Source: a virus
Lineage: Duplodnaviria > Caudoviricetes
DNA: 59,551 nucleotides
Virus record (IMG/VR): IMGVR_UViG_3300036768_001410
Coordinates: 1-59,551 of that record
Reading direction: 5' to 3' (one strand)
Under the pieces are notes generated by a model. The model ran no database searches and was not told the DNA's origin. It saw nothing but the letters and a program-made list of their open reading frames with translations. Shown here piece by piece: positions 16,569-27,282 of this stretch. Both the position numbers and the translations under genes were made by a program. Position 1 is the stretch's first letter. The number at the start of each line of letters is the position of its first letter.

Positions 16569-18497
16569 ATGATAAATCGAGATATTCTCGTTACGCCGGA
16601 TGAAGAAATAGTCTCATTCTTCAAAAAGGCGTATACCCAGTTTTATCGTCTATCCAGTGAGGTAGAACCAAGTAAAGTTGAGCTAGCCACAAAGGCTCAG
16701 GAAGCGATTCGTAAACGTAAAATCTACTTCTTCGAGAACTGCCTTTGGATTCGTACCAAAGAGGGCGGAAGTCAACAATTACTTATATTGAAATCATCTC
16801 AAATAAAGTTCCACGAGGAACTGAAGAAGCAAAAGAAAGCCGATGAGCCATTACTAATAATCTGCTTAAAGGCGAGGCAGATGGGAATATCTACTTATAT
16901 TGCGGCCGATTTCTTTACGGACGTTATTACAGAGCGGAACGTTAGAGCTTGTATTATGGCTCATGACAAGGCTACGGGTTCTCTCCTGTACAACATTTAC
17001 CGGTTCTTTTACGATAGTCTTGAAGAAGAACTTAAGCCGGTAATGGGAACAGGTCGTCGAGAGGGGACTCGGCTTGTATTTCGGGAAGGTTCTGATAGGC
17101 GTAAGGGGTTGAATTCGGAGATTGAGGTGCTTGTTCCTCAGGAGGCGTCCAATGATGCGACTGGTAGTTTGGGTCGTGGCATGACGTCTCATTACCTTCA
17201 CATTTCGGAACTTGCCTTCTGGTCAAATCCTTCGGCTTCTCTTACTTCTCTCCTGCAATCGTTTGCAGATAAACCAAACTCTAAATGCATCATTGAGTCT
17301 ACGGCTCGGCAAGCGGGAGATTACTTCCACGTGGAGTGGGAACGCGCCTGCGAGGGAAAATCCGATTATCATCCGATATTTCTGCCGTGGTTTACTGACG
17401 ATACTTATACGCGACCCTTTAGAACACCAGAAGAGAGAGATAAATTTGAGAAAGATTTACGTCAAGAATATGACTCGGAATACGGCAATGAATGCGCCAT
17501 TATGGAACAATACGGACTCACCCTAGAACAGATGAACTGGAGACGTAGAGTAATCCGAAACAAATGCAATGGGGATAAAAACATATTCTTTACCGAGTAT
17601 CCGTCGAATCCAGAAGAGGCGTTCCAGCACGCCAAGGGAAATTATTTGAGCGGTAGCCGAATGAGTATCTTTATCAAGAAGGCGTTTCCTCCAACAGCAA
17701 CGGGGGATTTTGTTGTTGGTGGGATGGTATCTAAGCCTTACTTGAAGCCGGTAAGGCATCCTCTTGTTGCGATATGGAGCAGGAAAGGCGAGGAGGAACC
17801 GTTTCAGTATGCCGAGTACATTATTGGCGTGGACGTATCGGAAAACCTGCCGTCTGGAGATTACAGCGCCGCAGTGGTATTGAGAAGGATGCCTCTACGT
17901 GTTGTGGCTAGGCTTCGTGGTAATGACCATAGGAAGCCCTTAACAGAAGAGTTCTGTGAGCAACTCGCCCTTATGGGAAAGTACTTTAACAACGCCAAGA
18001 TTTTGATTGAATGTAACTCTATCGGCCAAGAAGTTATAAGGCGCGTACGAGATATTGAGGGTTATACTAGACTTATTACCTTGCAGGAACTTCATCCCGA
18101 ACTGAATCGCCCGGTTATTCAGTATGGGTTGAGAACAAGTACAACAACTAGAAGACAGCTTGTTGATAGCTTTAAAGAGATTTTTGAAGGGAAGGAGGAT
18201 TTTGAATGCCCTGATGAAATACTCTTGAAAGAGTGTATGGCGCTTGCACCAAATGAGCATGGAAAAGTAGAAGCACCTAAGAAGGGGCGACCTCGCGCTA
18301 AGACAGAGCCGGAGGTAGGCTATTATGATGACCTTGCATTTGCGCTTGCAATTGCTTATTACGCCCACCTTAGGTTGCCTGCTCCAAGAACACAGGAGCA
18401 ACTTCGTTTTGACATGGAAAGACGAGAGTCTATACTGTACGAGAGAGCACATGAAGAACTACGACACCCAGATTACGCCTATCTTGATTACGTTTGA
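16569..18497 (+). CDS. terL: Terminase large subunit
   Basis: KARQMGIST Walker A, LHISE Walker B, IESTA, IIGVDVS..GDYS, IECN, DDLAFA nuclease motifs. Confidence 0.95.
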   Translation: MINRDILVTPDEEIVSFFKKAYTQFYRLSSEVEPSKVELATKAQEAIRKRKIYFFENCLWIRTKEGGSQQLLILKSSQIKFHEELKKQKKADEPLLIICLKARQMGISTYIAADFFTDVITERNVRACIMAHDKATGSLLYNIYRFFYDSLEEELKPVMGTGRREGTRLVFREGSDRRKGLNSEIEVLVPQEASNDATGSLGRGMTSHYLHISELAFWSNPSASLTSLLQSFADKPNSKCIIESTARQAGDYFHVEWERACEGKSDYHPIFLPWFTDDTYTRPFRTPEERDKFEKDLRQEYDSEYGNECAIMEQYGLTLEQMNWRRRVIRNKCNGDKNIFFTEYPSNPEEAFQHAKGNYLSGSRMSIFIKKAFPPTATGDFVVGGMVSKPYLKPVRHPLVAIWSRKGEEEPFQYAEYIIGVDVSENLPSGDYSAAVVLRRMPLRVVARLRGNDHRKPLTEEFCEQLALMGKYFNNAKILIECNSIGQEVIRRVRDIEGYTRLITLQELHPELNRPVIQYGLRTSTTTRRQLVDSFKEIFEGKEDFECPDEILLKECMALAPNEHGKVEAPKKGRPRAKTEPEVGYYDDLAFALAIAYYAHLRLPAPRTQEQLRFDMERRESILYERAHEELRHPDYAYLDYV

Positions 18498-18506
18498 GGA
18501 GGACAT

Positions 18507-18839
18507 ATGGATATTCCCGTATCAAATGAAAGAACTTCCGGCAAGGATGAACTTCTAGAAGGCGCCCAAATACAAGAAATGGTTATTGGACTCGCGGATA
18601 TTTTGGAGGACTACTTCAATTTGTTGCGCTTGTCTGATGTAGGTCGTTTAGATAAAGATGAAGTCGCTCGTTTATATCTTTATAGGAACGCGCTGAATGA
18701 GATTCGTATAACAATAAAAAAGCCAAAGCCAAAGAGGGCGCCGTTTGTTATAACGGACAGGAGGGCTTCTGAAGCCGAATACGAAGAGCGTATGGAAGCG
18801 AAACTTGATGGGGAATCAAAACGAACAGGAGCATGGTGA
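18507..18839 (+). CDS. Hypothetical protein
   Basis: GAGGAGG SD; lies in the head operon. Confidence 0.65.
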   Translation: MDIPVSNERTSGKDELLEGAQIQEMVIGLADILEDYFNLLRLSDVGRLDKDEVARLYLYRNALNEIRITIKKPKPKRAPFVITDRRASEAEYEERMEAKLDGESKRTGAW

Positions 18840-19414
18840 TGAAACGCTTTGAGTACCGCCGTTTGGAAATACAAGCCCCGTCGCTGTACATATCGAATGA
18901 AACAAGCTTTTACGTTCGGTTGGACAAAGAGCTCTCAAAGTTAGCTAGCGAGGGGTGGATTGTTCAATATAGCTTCTATGAAAAGACGCTACGTTTCCAG
19001 AATGGCGTATATAACTTCTTGTTGTATCGGGAAGTAGGTGATGAAGAGGAACCGGAGCAAATTGAACCCTCCGATTGGGATGAAAGGGTTCCGCAGGGGG
19101 TAACATCGGCGGGACTTAAAAATGTCTATACGCTCGTAGAGATTGCGCGGGTACTTGGCATTTCTTCGGAGAATCGTGCAGTTCAAAAAAAGCGCGTTCT
19201 TGAACTAGAGCAACAGGGTCTTGTTATTCGGGACGTGAATGGGGATGCCACTCAGCTAGGGCTGCCTCCTAAAACGCGTCGTTATGTAGCGGGTGATGAT
19301 TTTCGGCGATTTTTGTTGGAACATCACCCGGACAAGCTTTATGCCTTGGAAGGAAAGTCATCCATTGAGGATGAGGCCCCTCAATCTCTTTATCCTGATG
19401 GAGATGAGTCGTGA
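18833..19414 (+). CDS. Hypothetical protein (DUF4177-like N-terminus, HTH-like C-terminus)
   Basis: KRFEYRRL..LSKLASEGW; YTLVEIARVLGIS. Confidence 0.5.
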   Translation: MVMKRFEYRRLEIQAPSLYISNETSFYVRLDKELSKLASEGWIVQYSFYEKTLRFQNGVYNFLLYREVGDEEEPEQIEPSDWDERVPQGVTSAGLKNVYTLVEIARVLGISSENRAVQKKRVLELEQQGLVIRDVNGDATQLGLPPKTRRYVAGDDFRRFLLEHHPDKLYALEGKSSIEDEAPQSLYPDGDES

Positions 19415-21432
19415 ACGAAGAGCGCGGGTTTGGTAAACGCCGTTCACGTAGGCGAATTTTTTCTACGACGATGTATCCGCGTAGGAATGCTGATAGTGCA
19501 TTCGACTTATCGAATACGTCCAAGATAGCGAATCTTGACCGAGAGAAGGACGACGAAAAGATAGTCAAGGCGGTAAAAGCCGCTGTTGAGGACGCGGAAT
19601 CTTCGACAAACTACCAGCGGTTTGTTCGTCAATTCATCGAATCGTGGGAGTTTTACAAGGGGCAGCAATGGCTTGACGAAGACTTGGAACCCTCCGAAGC
19701 GCCCTCATGGAGATTCCGGGCAACGCGAAATATCACGTTTTCAACAATCAGGAGCATCGAAGGGCTCTTGATGGACGCTCGACCAGTTCCCTACATTGTG
19801 GCGGATTTCCGGCAAGGACGAGCGGAAGAGTTCATTCGTGCGCATCAAGCCCAAATGCCGTATCGCCCTAATATCGGGGACAAACTGTCTGATGAATATA
19901 TCGCCCGGCGATTGACGGACATTCTTCATGCGGAATATGAGCGGCGAGATGAGGAGATTCTGCTTGGTCAAGTGATGTCCGATTGCGTTGTTGCCGGACT
20001 CGGCGTGCGAAAAATCACTTGGGATACCAAGCGAAATCGTCCTGCTGCTGTGCAGGTATATCCCCCAGATGTGCTAATAGACCCGTATTGTTCCGATCAT
20101 TTGTTGGACACCGCGAAGTATATTGTGTTCCGTAAAACAATGGACGTAGAAGACTTGCAACACTACTACAACGTGTCCAAATCCCGGATGCGAAAAATTG
20201 TGGAGTCCGCCGGCTATTCAGAATGGGATTATGAAGGCGGGTTGTTCGGAGAACGAAAGTTCAAGTCTCCGTTTCGTGATGGATATGTTCCAAAATCCGC
20301 GATGGCGGACTCCATGAAGCGGATGCGCGTTGATGTTTATGAGATGTGGTTCTTCGGAACGACCCTATATGAATTAGAACACGAGCAAGATGAAGCATTA
20401 GAGCACCCATTCGGAAGAAATATCATAGTCGCTGGAGATGAGCTTCTTTTGGACCAACCTAATCCATATCCTCATGGACTTTTGCCCTTTGTGTTTTTCA
20501 GAAACTACGGCGACCCAAGAGACCCTTATGGTTTCGGGGATGTGCTTCCGATTCGAGGGGACCAGGTTTCTCTGAATGTAGTGTTGTCTCAGATAGTCAT
20601 GAATTTGATATTGATGGCAAACTCTCAATGGGTCTTTGAGGAAGGCGCGTTATTGAGAGATTGGCTTACTAATCAGCCGGGTCTTGCCATCGAAGTACCT
20701 CGTGGAATGATAAACTCAATCCGTAAAATTGAGGGGACTAGCGTTCCACCACAGCTATTCCAGCTCGTCCAATTCTTGGAGCAATCCGTAAAGAACATTT
20801 CCAACATCAATGAGACGGTACAAGGGGCGATGCCGCAAACTCATACTCCAGCAATTGCTATCTCGGCATCGCAGAATGCGGCTCTTGTTCGTATTCGAGA
20901 AAAGGCAAAGCTCCAAGAAGCGGCTTACAGAAAGCAAGCTTATATGGAAATACGAAACATGCAGGAATTTGCGGTATTGCTAGACCCACTCAGGACAGGA
21001 GAGTTAGACATGGGAGAGTGGCTAGCTTGGGACGAGCGAATGCGTAACCTCGTTTTTGATATTCAAATCGAAAGTAAAGTGGGTCAACCGGCCAACTTGA
21101 TGGATAAGTTGAACTTTGCGCTTCAGCTGATGCAGACAGGCGCAATGGATGCGTTGGCCCTTATTGATTACGTGGAACTGCCGATAGACGAGCGTTATCG
21201 CCGGAAGATGGAAATCGCCGATGAGATTCAAATGCTTCAGGCAGAGTTGATGCGTATCCAACTTCAAGCGCAGCTAGCCCAAGTTCAACAGCAATCCCAA
21301 CAACCTCAGCAACCAGCTCCTCCTCAAGGTGGTCAGGCACAAAGCGCCCCGCAACAACAAACGCCACCGCCATCAATGTCTCCTGAGGAAGCACAGCGAT
21401 TAGCACAACAATTGTCTGCGTCTCAAGGGTGA
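19411..21432 (+). CDS. Portal protein (P22-like)
   Basis: FYKGQQW, NITFSTI, GLGVRK, PYGFG, Gln-rich C-terminal barrel; follows TerL. Confidence 0.9.
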   Translation: MNEERGFGKRRSRRRIFSTTMYPRRNADSAFDLSNTSKIANLDREKDDEKIVKAVKAAVEDAESSTNYQRFVRQFIESWEFYKGQQWLDEDLEPSEAPSWRFRATRNITFSTIRSIEGLLMDARPVPYIVADFRQGRAEEFIRAHQAQMPYRPNIGDKLSDEYIARRLTDILHAEYERRDEEILLGQVMSDCVVAGLGVRKITWDTKRNRPAAVQVYPPDVLIDPYCSDHLLDTAKYIVFRKTMDVEDLQHYYNVSKSRMRKIVESAGYSEWDYEGGLFGERKFKSPFRDGYVPKSAMADSMKRMRVDVYEMWFFGTTLYELEHEQDEALEHPFGRNIIVAGDELLLDQPNPYPHGLLPFVFFRNYGDPRDPYGFGDVLPIRGDQVSLNVVLSQIVMNLILMANSQWVFEEGALLRDWLTNQPGLAIEVPRGMINSIRKIEGTSVPPQLFQLVQFLEQSVKNISNINETVQGAMPQTHTPAIAISASQNAALVRIREKAKLQEAAYRKQAYMEIRNMQEFAVLLDPLRTGELDMGEWLAWDERMRNLVFDIQIESKVGQPANLMDKLNFALQLMQTGAMDALALIDYVELPIDERYRRKMEIADEIQMLQAELMRIQLQAQLAQVQQQSQQPQQPAPPQGGQAQSAPQQQTPPPSMSPEEAQRLAQQLSASQG

Positions 21433-21441
21433 AGGATTCTT

Positions 21442-21469
21442 GTAATAACTATATTTGCCTGGTGCATTA
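21442..21469 (+). promoter_or_regulatory. Putative late promoter GTAAT-N17-GCATT
   Basis: CTTGTAAT...GCATTA, as at 16224. Confidence 0.6.
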
Positions 21470-21519
21470 TAGAATTATGAGAAGCCAATGCGGCTTCTGA
21501 TGTACGAAGGGAGGCACTG

Positions 21520-22587
21520 ATGAAAGGTGAGCGGACATCTGGAAATCAGGGTCCTATTCCCGGTACGGAACACTTGAGCGAAACCGCGCAAGCGATGATG
21601 TCGCAGATAGCGCTTGGAAATATCTCCAGCGACACGGGAACAGCGCCTGCTGAGGAAGCGGGGTCCGATTCCACGTCCACCGCTGTTGATAGCCAAGACG
21701 CCGAAGAGTATTCCGAGGAACCGGAGGATAGCGATACAGTTTCCGAAGGTGATGTCGCTGAAGAAGAAGTGCCCGAGGACCTCGCCGAAATTCAGCAACA
21801 GTATGGGGCCGAGGTCGCGCGCTTGATGGAGCAATATCAGCGCGCTATTCAAGAGCGAGACCAAGCGAAGGCTGATTATCAGCATGCGGTCTCGTTTGGT
21901 ACGCGGAAATCGCAGGAAGCGGCGGAAGCACAGCGCCTCATCGAGGCGCTCAATCAACGCATCGCTGCGTTGGAACAGCGAATAGCTACTTCCGCTGTGC
22001 AAGCATCTGCTGAGCAGGGAACATCCCCGGAAGTTGAGGCACTTTCCGAATTGGGTTTGACCCCACAAGCCCTTCGGAGTTTGCTTGCACAAACGCCGGA
22101 GTATCAACAGCTTGTCGGTGTTGTGCAACAAATGTTGGCAAGAGAACAGCAACGTGAATATGAATCCCAAGTCTCGGCGAAAACACAAGCCTTGATCAAC
22201 AAGGTGGAAAGTTGGAGCCAAGAACTCTATGGGGTTCCCACCTCTCAGTTGACTGATTCAAATGCACGACAAGTCCTCACTACCGCTTTGCATCTTTACG
22301 GCACAGGACAGGTCGAAGAAGCCGAGCGACTTATTCGCGCGGAGTTTGGCCGTCAAGTAGCCGTGAGGGTTGCAATGCGCCAGCAGAAGGCTAACTCTGC
22401 GGGACTTCGAGCGGTATCGGAATCTGCTCGTGGCAATTCACCGAAGGGAGGCAAGCCGCGTTCCTCCATACCAGAAGTGGACTTCGGTGAAGATTTCGCA
22501 AGGCTTTCTGCGCCAGAAGCATCTGCTCGGCGTCAGGAAGTTATGTTGCGAATGATTGACGCCCTTGGGAAGAAAAGGGCTTCGTAG
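21520..22587 (+). CDS. Capsid scaffolding protein
   Basis: Acidic N-terminus and coiled coil; located between portal and capsid. Confidence 0.75.
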   Translation: MKGERTSGNQGPIPGTEHLSETAQAMMSQIALGNISSDTGTAPAEEAGSDSTSTAVDSQDAEEYSEEPEDSDTVSEGDVAEEEVPEDLAEIQQQYGAEVARLMEQYQRAIQERDQAKADYQHAVSFGTRKSQEAAEAQRLIEALNQRIAALEQRIATSAVQASAEQGTSPEVEALSELGLTPQALRSLLAQTPEYQQLVGVVQQMLAREQQREYESQVSAKTQALINKVESWSQELYGVPTSQLTDSNARQVLTTALHLYGTGQVEEAERLIRAEFGRQVAVRVAMRQQKANSAGLRAVSESARGNSPKGGKPRSSIPEVDFGEDFARLSAPEASARRQEVMLRMIDALGKKRAS

Positions 22588-22736
22588 GCTCACTCTCGGC
22601 TCCCAGAGGGATAGGGAGCCGAGCCGATGCCTATGTGGCATCGTATCCCTGGTGAGATACATCCCGAACTCCTGCTCTCTTAGAGCACTATCTCTCTTGT
22701 CTCTCTTTTAGAGAGAACCGGTAGAAGGAGAACGGA

Positions 22737-23762
22737 ATGTCTCTCATTTCCGAACTCAATGCAGTTACGAGAGCAGCTTGGGTTGCATCCAACACCAAGC
22801 TGATTGACCGAAACTTTGCTCTGATGAAGATGCTGCTTCAAAGAGCAAAACGGGATGTACCCATCGGTCAAAAAATCGAATTTGGACTCTGGACCAAACG
22901 CATTCCTACAGGCGTTTTGGCTAACGCGTACAGCGAATACCAAGGCGCCAATCAAGAGTACACCGTTGTTGGGAGCCTCCAGTACGTCACGGCATATGGC
23001 GTGATGGAAATCACGGGTCAACAACTGCGCGCTCAACATGGTATTGACATTGACGTACTCGAGAACATGGACTCCTTGAGGAGTCTTTCTCGAAACGAAC
23101 AAATGGTTTTGATTTCTATTGTGGACGGTCAGATTGACCGTGCCATTGAACACCTTGTGTTCTCTTTGGGGTCGCAAGCCTATAACGGTACAGGAGCCAG
23201 TGGCGCGGAGCTGATTGGGTTGAAAGCCATCATAGACAACGCAACATCTGTTTATGCGGGCTTGGACCCAGCAGACCCGGTATTTACCACTGACGAGGTA
23301 ACCGGTAATGGGTGGTGGACTCCACAGGTGGACTCAAACGGCGGCACAAATAGGGAACTCACGCTGGAACTTATCAGCAGGATGTTGAATAAGGTACGGC
23401 GTGGGAATGAACGACCAGAGGACGTTATTGTTCTGATGAATAATGACCTCTGGAGTACGTTCGAGCTCATCCTCGAAGGACAGCATCCCAAAGACAGCCG
23501 GCTTGCACAAGTCGGTTTTGATGCGATTGAATGGCATCAGGCGTCGTTCCTTCGTGATGAGATGTGTCCCCCCAACAAGATGTACTTCCTCAATCTCAAC
23601 CATCTATGGCTTCAGATTCGTCCATCCCAGGACTTCAAGTTCAAAGGATGGAGATTAGCCCCGAAGCAGGATGTTGTGATTGGGATTGTGCAGAGTGACC
23701 TCCAAATCGTTTGTAATGACCGCCATCGCCAAGGGGTCATTACGGACATCGCCACCATCTAA
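22737..23762 (+). CDS. Major capsid protein
   Basis: 341 aa; YNGTG..LIGLKAII, GFDAIEW, MYFLN, CNDRHRQGVI C-terminus. Confidence 0.85.
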   Translation: MSLISELNAVTRAAWVASNTKLIDRNFALMKMLLQRAKRDVPIGQKIEFGLWTKRIPTGVLANAYSEYQGANQEYTVVGSLQYVTAYGVMEITGQQLRAQHGIDIDVLENMDSLRSLSRNEQMVLISIVDGQIDRAIEHLVFSLGSQAYNGTGASGAELIGLKAIIDNATSVYAGLDPADPVFTTDEVTGNGWWTPQVDSNGGTNRELTLELISRMLNKVRRGNERPEDVIVLMNNDLWSTFELILEGQHPKDSRLAQVGFDAIEWHQASFLRDEMCPPNKMYFLNLNHLWLQIRPSQDFKFKGWRLAPKQDVVIGIVQSDLQIVCNDRHRQGVITDIATI

Positions 23763-23776
23763 GGAGGGGATGAACG

Positions 23777-24610
23777 ATGTGGGTTGAACTTCAATTCCAG
23801 CAGGTCTGGGAGCAGTCGGCATCTCCCTCCATGAAAGCTGGGACGATTGGTCGAACTCCAGACGGGCGATTGTGGCGTTACGTGCAAGCATCAGAGGCGC
23901 TGTCCGCCGGAAACGTCTGCGTCAAAGTCAACAACACCGGTATTGTTATTAATGCCGATGTGGACGCTGCCGCAGCAGCGGATACCATCCGAGTAACCGG
24001 CGTCGGCGATTTCACTGCAACGGCACTCGAAGATGCTGATTACGAGTCCGGGAACAATCAAGGACTTGGGCATCAGTACTTCTTGTGGATTGATGCAGGG
24101 GGATCGCAGGGTCAGGGTGGTATTGTGACCTCTCGCGTGTCCGATAATGTCGTCGAGGTGTACTGGGTCAATTCTGACGACGGCAAAATCAGTACGGCCT
24201 TGACAACATCGTCGGACTACGTCGTCATGACCGACGCGCGGGTGGCGAAGTCGTCTGCGTCAACCCAGAACGCCGTATGCGTGGCGCAGATTGCGGTGGC
24301 AGACGAGTACTGGTTTTGGGGATTGTACTTCGGTAAGGGCATTGTGCTCTTCGATACCGATGACAACCCCGTAAAGACCACTGACTTGGCGCTAATCCCG
24401 TCTTCCAGCACGGCCGGATATTCGCAGGGAACTACCGCCTCTGGAGCAACGGCAGGGGAAGCTCTCTGCGTGTTCGGTCGAACTTACATTGACCAAACTG
24501 CAGACGGATTGATTCTGTTCAATGCTAACTGCATGTGGACAGACCCGTCTACAAACATCCTCCTGCCGACGGAAGTTTCGCTCGGTTATCCGAAGATGTT
24601 CCGTCAATAA
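23777..24610 (+). CDS. Capsid decoration/cement protein
   Basis: GTIGRTPDGRLWRYVQASEAL...YWFW pattern; follows the major capsid gene. Confidence 0.6.
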   Translation: MWVELQFQQVWEQSASPSMKAGTIGRTPDGRLWRYVQASEALSAGNVCVKVNNTGIVINADVDAAAAADTIRVTGVGDFTATALEDADYESGNNQGLGHQYFLWIDAGGSQGQGGIVTSRVSDNVVEVYWVNSDDGKISTALTTSSDYVVMTDARVAKSSASTQNAVCVAQIAVADEYWFWGLYFGKGIVLFDTDDNPVKTTDLALIPSSSTAGYSQGTTASGATAGEALCVFGRTYIDQTADGLILFNANCMWTDPSTNILLPTEVSLGYPKMFRQ

Positions 24611-24683
24611 CCCTTTCTTCGGCGTGGGATGAGAGCAATCTCGTCCCACGCTAGGCGGGAAGGTAGGGAAGAAAGGAAATCTC

Positions 24684-25508
24684 ATGCCCACGTTCTATAC
24701 CGGCAAGGCGCCGGATTTCTCCTCCGATAACGCGCGTAAGAACCCAAACGTTGTGTTCCTTCGGGAGCATATGTTTGGAGCGGGGCTATCCCAAACAACG
24801 GGAGACCCTATCTTTTGGGCGCCCATTACATTCCAACCAAACAGCAATAACGCCGGGGTGGCGGTCACCATAGACCAGACCACGAGCAATGTGGCCGCCG
24901 AAATCAGGCAGTCCACTACCAGCAGCGTGTTGCTCATCAAAAACACGAATGCTGGTGCTACGGGTGCCGTGCTGGACATTAAGCACGACTCTGAATCTCC
25001 GGCTGTGGACGATGTACACGGTAGAATCCGGTTCATCGCTAATAATAGTTCCGGTGCAGAGGTCGTAGACCAACGCATTGACGCTGTCATTTCGACGGCA
25101 ACGGCGGGGTCATTTTCTACGAAATTTGTCTTTTGGACATCGGACGCAGGCACGGGAAATGAAGCCTTCCGAATTCTGTCCGAAGGACGAATCCAAGTGG
25201 ATGTGGCGTCTGCCATTGCTGGTACCACCGGAACTGCCGATGTCTTTGACGACTACGACGACATCGCGGTTATTTCAAAGTGGAACAAGAATCCCGCGAT
25301 GCGTATCGAGTTCATGAAAGAACTCGAAGCCATGGGTATTGCAGAAAGGAAGAATACGGGCTCCGGGTGGATGCTCAATCTCCAGCGAGCTCTCTTCCTT
25401 GCCTACGGTGGCATTACCCAGCTGTATAAATCGATGGACGCGCGGTTGAAAGCAATCGAAGAAAGACTCGGTATCTCTCAACCGCTTCGCCTCGTAGACA
25501 TCGAGTAA
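24684..25508 (+). CDS. Virion fibre-like structural protein with C-terminal coiled coil
   Basis: Beta-rich Gly/Thr core; LKAIEERL C-terminus. Confidence 0.5.
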   Translation: MPTFYTGKAPDFSSDNARKNPNVVFLREHMFGAGLSQTTGDPIFWAPITFQPNSNNAGVAVTIDQTTSNVAAEIRQSTTSSVLLIKNTNAGATGAVLDIKHDSESPAVDDVHGRIRFIANNSSGAEVVDQRIDAVISTATAGSFSTKFVFWTSDAGTGNEAFRILSEGRIQVDVASAIAGTTGTADVFDDYDDIAVISKWNKNPAMRIEFMKELEAMGIAERKNTGSGWMLNLQRALFLAYGGITQLYKSMDARLKAIEERLGISQPLRLVDIE

Positions 25509-25578
25509 AAGACCTACATGGGGCGGTACTCATACCGCCCCTTCCTTAGACCCTTTCCTTAGAAAGGAGAATCACCAA

Positions 25579-25749
25579 ATGAGTCGGACAAAGAGTATTC
25601 CTAGTGGCGTTAGAATGCCGAAGAACTTAAAAAGAACCCTACAGCCTATACTCGTCATGGAGGTGACCCCTCAGGAGAAGCCTGCCCTGCCAAAGAACTT
25701 CAACATAAATAAGTACTCCGCTTCCCGTATTAAGAAAGGGATGCGTTAG
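25579..25749 (+). CDS. Small basic protein (not in the ORF track)
   Basis: AAGGAG SD; MSRTKSIPSG...KKGMR, 56 aa. Confidence 0.45.
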   Translation: MSRTKSIPSGVRMPKNLKRTLQPILVMEVTPQEKPALPKNFNINKYSASRIKKGMR

Positions 25750-25750
25750 T

Positions 25751-26392
25751 GTGCCAATGATTGATGCTAAAGTTCTTATAGGAGTCCCATGTAGTCTGGG
25801 CGATGTACCAAAAGAGTTTACGCTTAGCCTTTTCAATTTAGAGAGGCCGTGCCCATGCCAGTTATATTTTCAGAATGGGTACGAATTATCAACAATGAGA
25901 AATAATATAGTCGAGTATGCATTATCAGGAGATTATACGCATGTGCTCTTCCTTGACTTGGACATGATATATCCTACAAACACCATTAAGGCTTTGTTGG
26001 AAGCGGATAAGAATATAGTATGCTCTTTTTATGTTAGAAGGTCTCCTCCAAATATACCGTTGTTCCTATTAGCTACAGAGACTCGTTACGTGATGAGACC
26101 TGAATGGCCTCCCGGAATGGGAGTGTATGAGGTAGGGGCAGTTTCTCCAGGGGGATTATTGGTAAGAACGGAAGTATTTAGAAAAATTAGACCGCCATGG
26201 TTCTCTTACAATAAAAAGGCGCCTAACGGGAATATAGTTAGCGAAGACATATATTTCTCGGTTAGGGCAAGAGATGCAGGATTCAAGTTGTGGTGCAGAA
26301 CTGACTTGATTCTAGGTCATATTTCTAAAGTTGCATTGATACCTGTGCTGAGAGAAGGAAGATGGTCATGCGAGTCAATGCAGCTGGTTTGA
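25751..26392 (+). CDS. GT-A (family 2-like) glycosyltransferase
   Basis: VLIGVP, RNNIV, LFLDLDM DxD, GGLLV..EVF, SEDIYF, GH. Confidence 0.85.
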   Translation: MPMIDAKVLIGVPCSLGDVPKEFTLSLFNLERPCPCQLYFQNGYELSTMRNNIVEYALSGDYTHVLFLDLDMIYPTNTIKALLEADKNIVCSFYVRRSPPNIPLFLLATETRYVMRPEWPPGMGVYEVGAVSPGGLLVRTEVFRKIRPPWFSYNKKAPNGNIVSEDIYFSVRARDAGFKLWCRTDLILGHISKVALIPVLREGRWSCESMQLV

Positions 26393-27264
26393 GAATATCA
26401 CGAACTTATGTACGAACAACCGATGAACTTAAGAATAATATAAAACACGCCATAGAAAACATACCTAATATAGAGAATGAAAAGCCCCCTGAGATAAAGT
26501 TTACATATGATGAGTTTAACAAAATTATGGACGATTCACTGTCAAAATATTATTTTGGTAGTGGTCAAGACCAAGTGAGGAAAAAACGTATTATAGAGGA
26601 AGCGAACGTGCTGATTGCAATCCCGTGCTCTTGGGAGTATATGCACGTGGCTTTTGTTAAGTCTTTCTTCGAGTTGCGTAAGTTTAATTGGACGTATGGG
26701 GTTTGGGGAAGGGCGCAGTTAGATGCGATGCGCAATGAGATGGTCGCGGAGTGCTTGAAGGGCGACTATACTCACTTGTTCATGTTGGATGCGGACATGG
26801 TTTATCCGCCGGATACGATTGTTCAGCTATTGCTCTCGGATGTGGATATTGTCGCAGGCTTTTCAGCACGACGGATTCCGCCACATATTCCGTTGTTTTT
26901 CGTGGAGTCAAAAGCGGAAAATGCGGCGACCTGTGAATACCTATGCGATGCGGGATTTCCCGCAGGGAAACCGGGGCTTTATGAAGTTAAGGCCATAGGA
27001 GCCGCGGGTATGCTCATCAAACGGAAAGTACTAGAATCTATCGAGCCGCCTTACTTTTCGTTTGGAGAGCGAACTCCCGATGGCAAGCAGGTAGGGGAGG
27101 ACGTTTACTTTTGCATCAAGGCTAGAAAAGCAGGCTTCAAGGTTTATTGTCGTACCGATTTGCCGTACGTTCATCTCGTGACGAACGGGATTTGGTATGA
27201 ACCAGCGTTAATGAAACCGGACGGGAATGTTGAGTGGAAGCTTCAATGCGGAGCATTCCACTAA
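26362..27264 (+). CDS. GT-A (family 2-like) glycosyltransferase, paralog
   Basis: VLIAIP, RNEMV, LDADM, GMLIKRKV, GEDVYF. Confidence 0.85.
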   Translation: MVMRVNAAGLRISRTYVRTTDELKNNIKHAIENIPNIENEKPPEIKFTYDEFNKIMDDSLSKYYFGSGQDQVRKKRIIEEANVLIAIPCSWEYMHVAFVKSFFELRKFNWTYGVWGRAQLDAMRNEMVAECLKGDYTHLFMLDADMVYPPDTIVQLLLSDVDIVAGFSARRIPPHIPLFFVESKAENAATCEYLCDAGFPAGKPGLYEVKAIGAAGMLIKRKVLESIEPPYFSFGERTPDGKQVGEDVYFCIKARKAGFKVYCRTDLPYVHLVTNGIWYEPALMKPDGNVEWKLQCGAFH

Positions 27265-27282
27265 CCATTAAGAGAACGAGCA

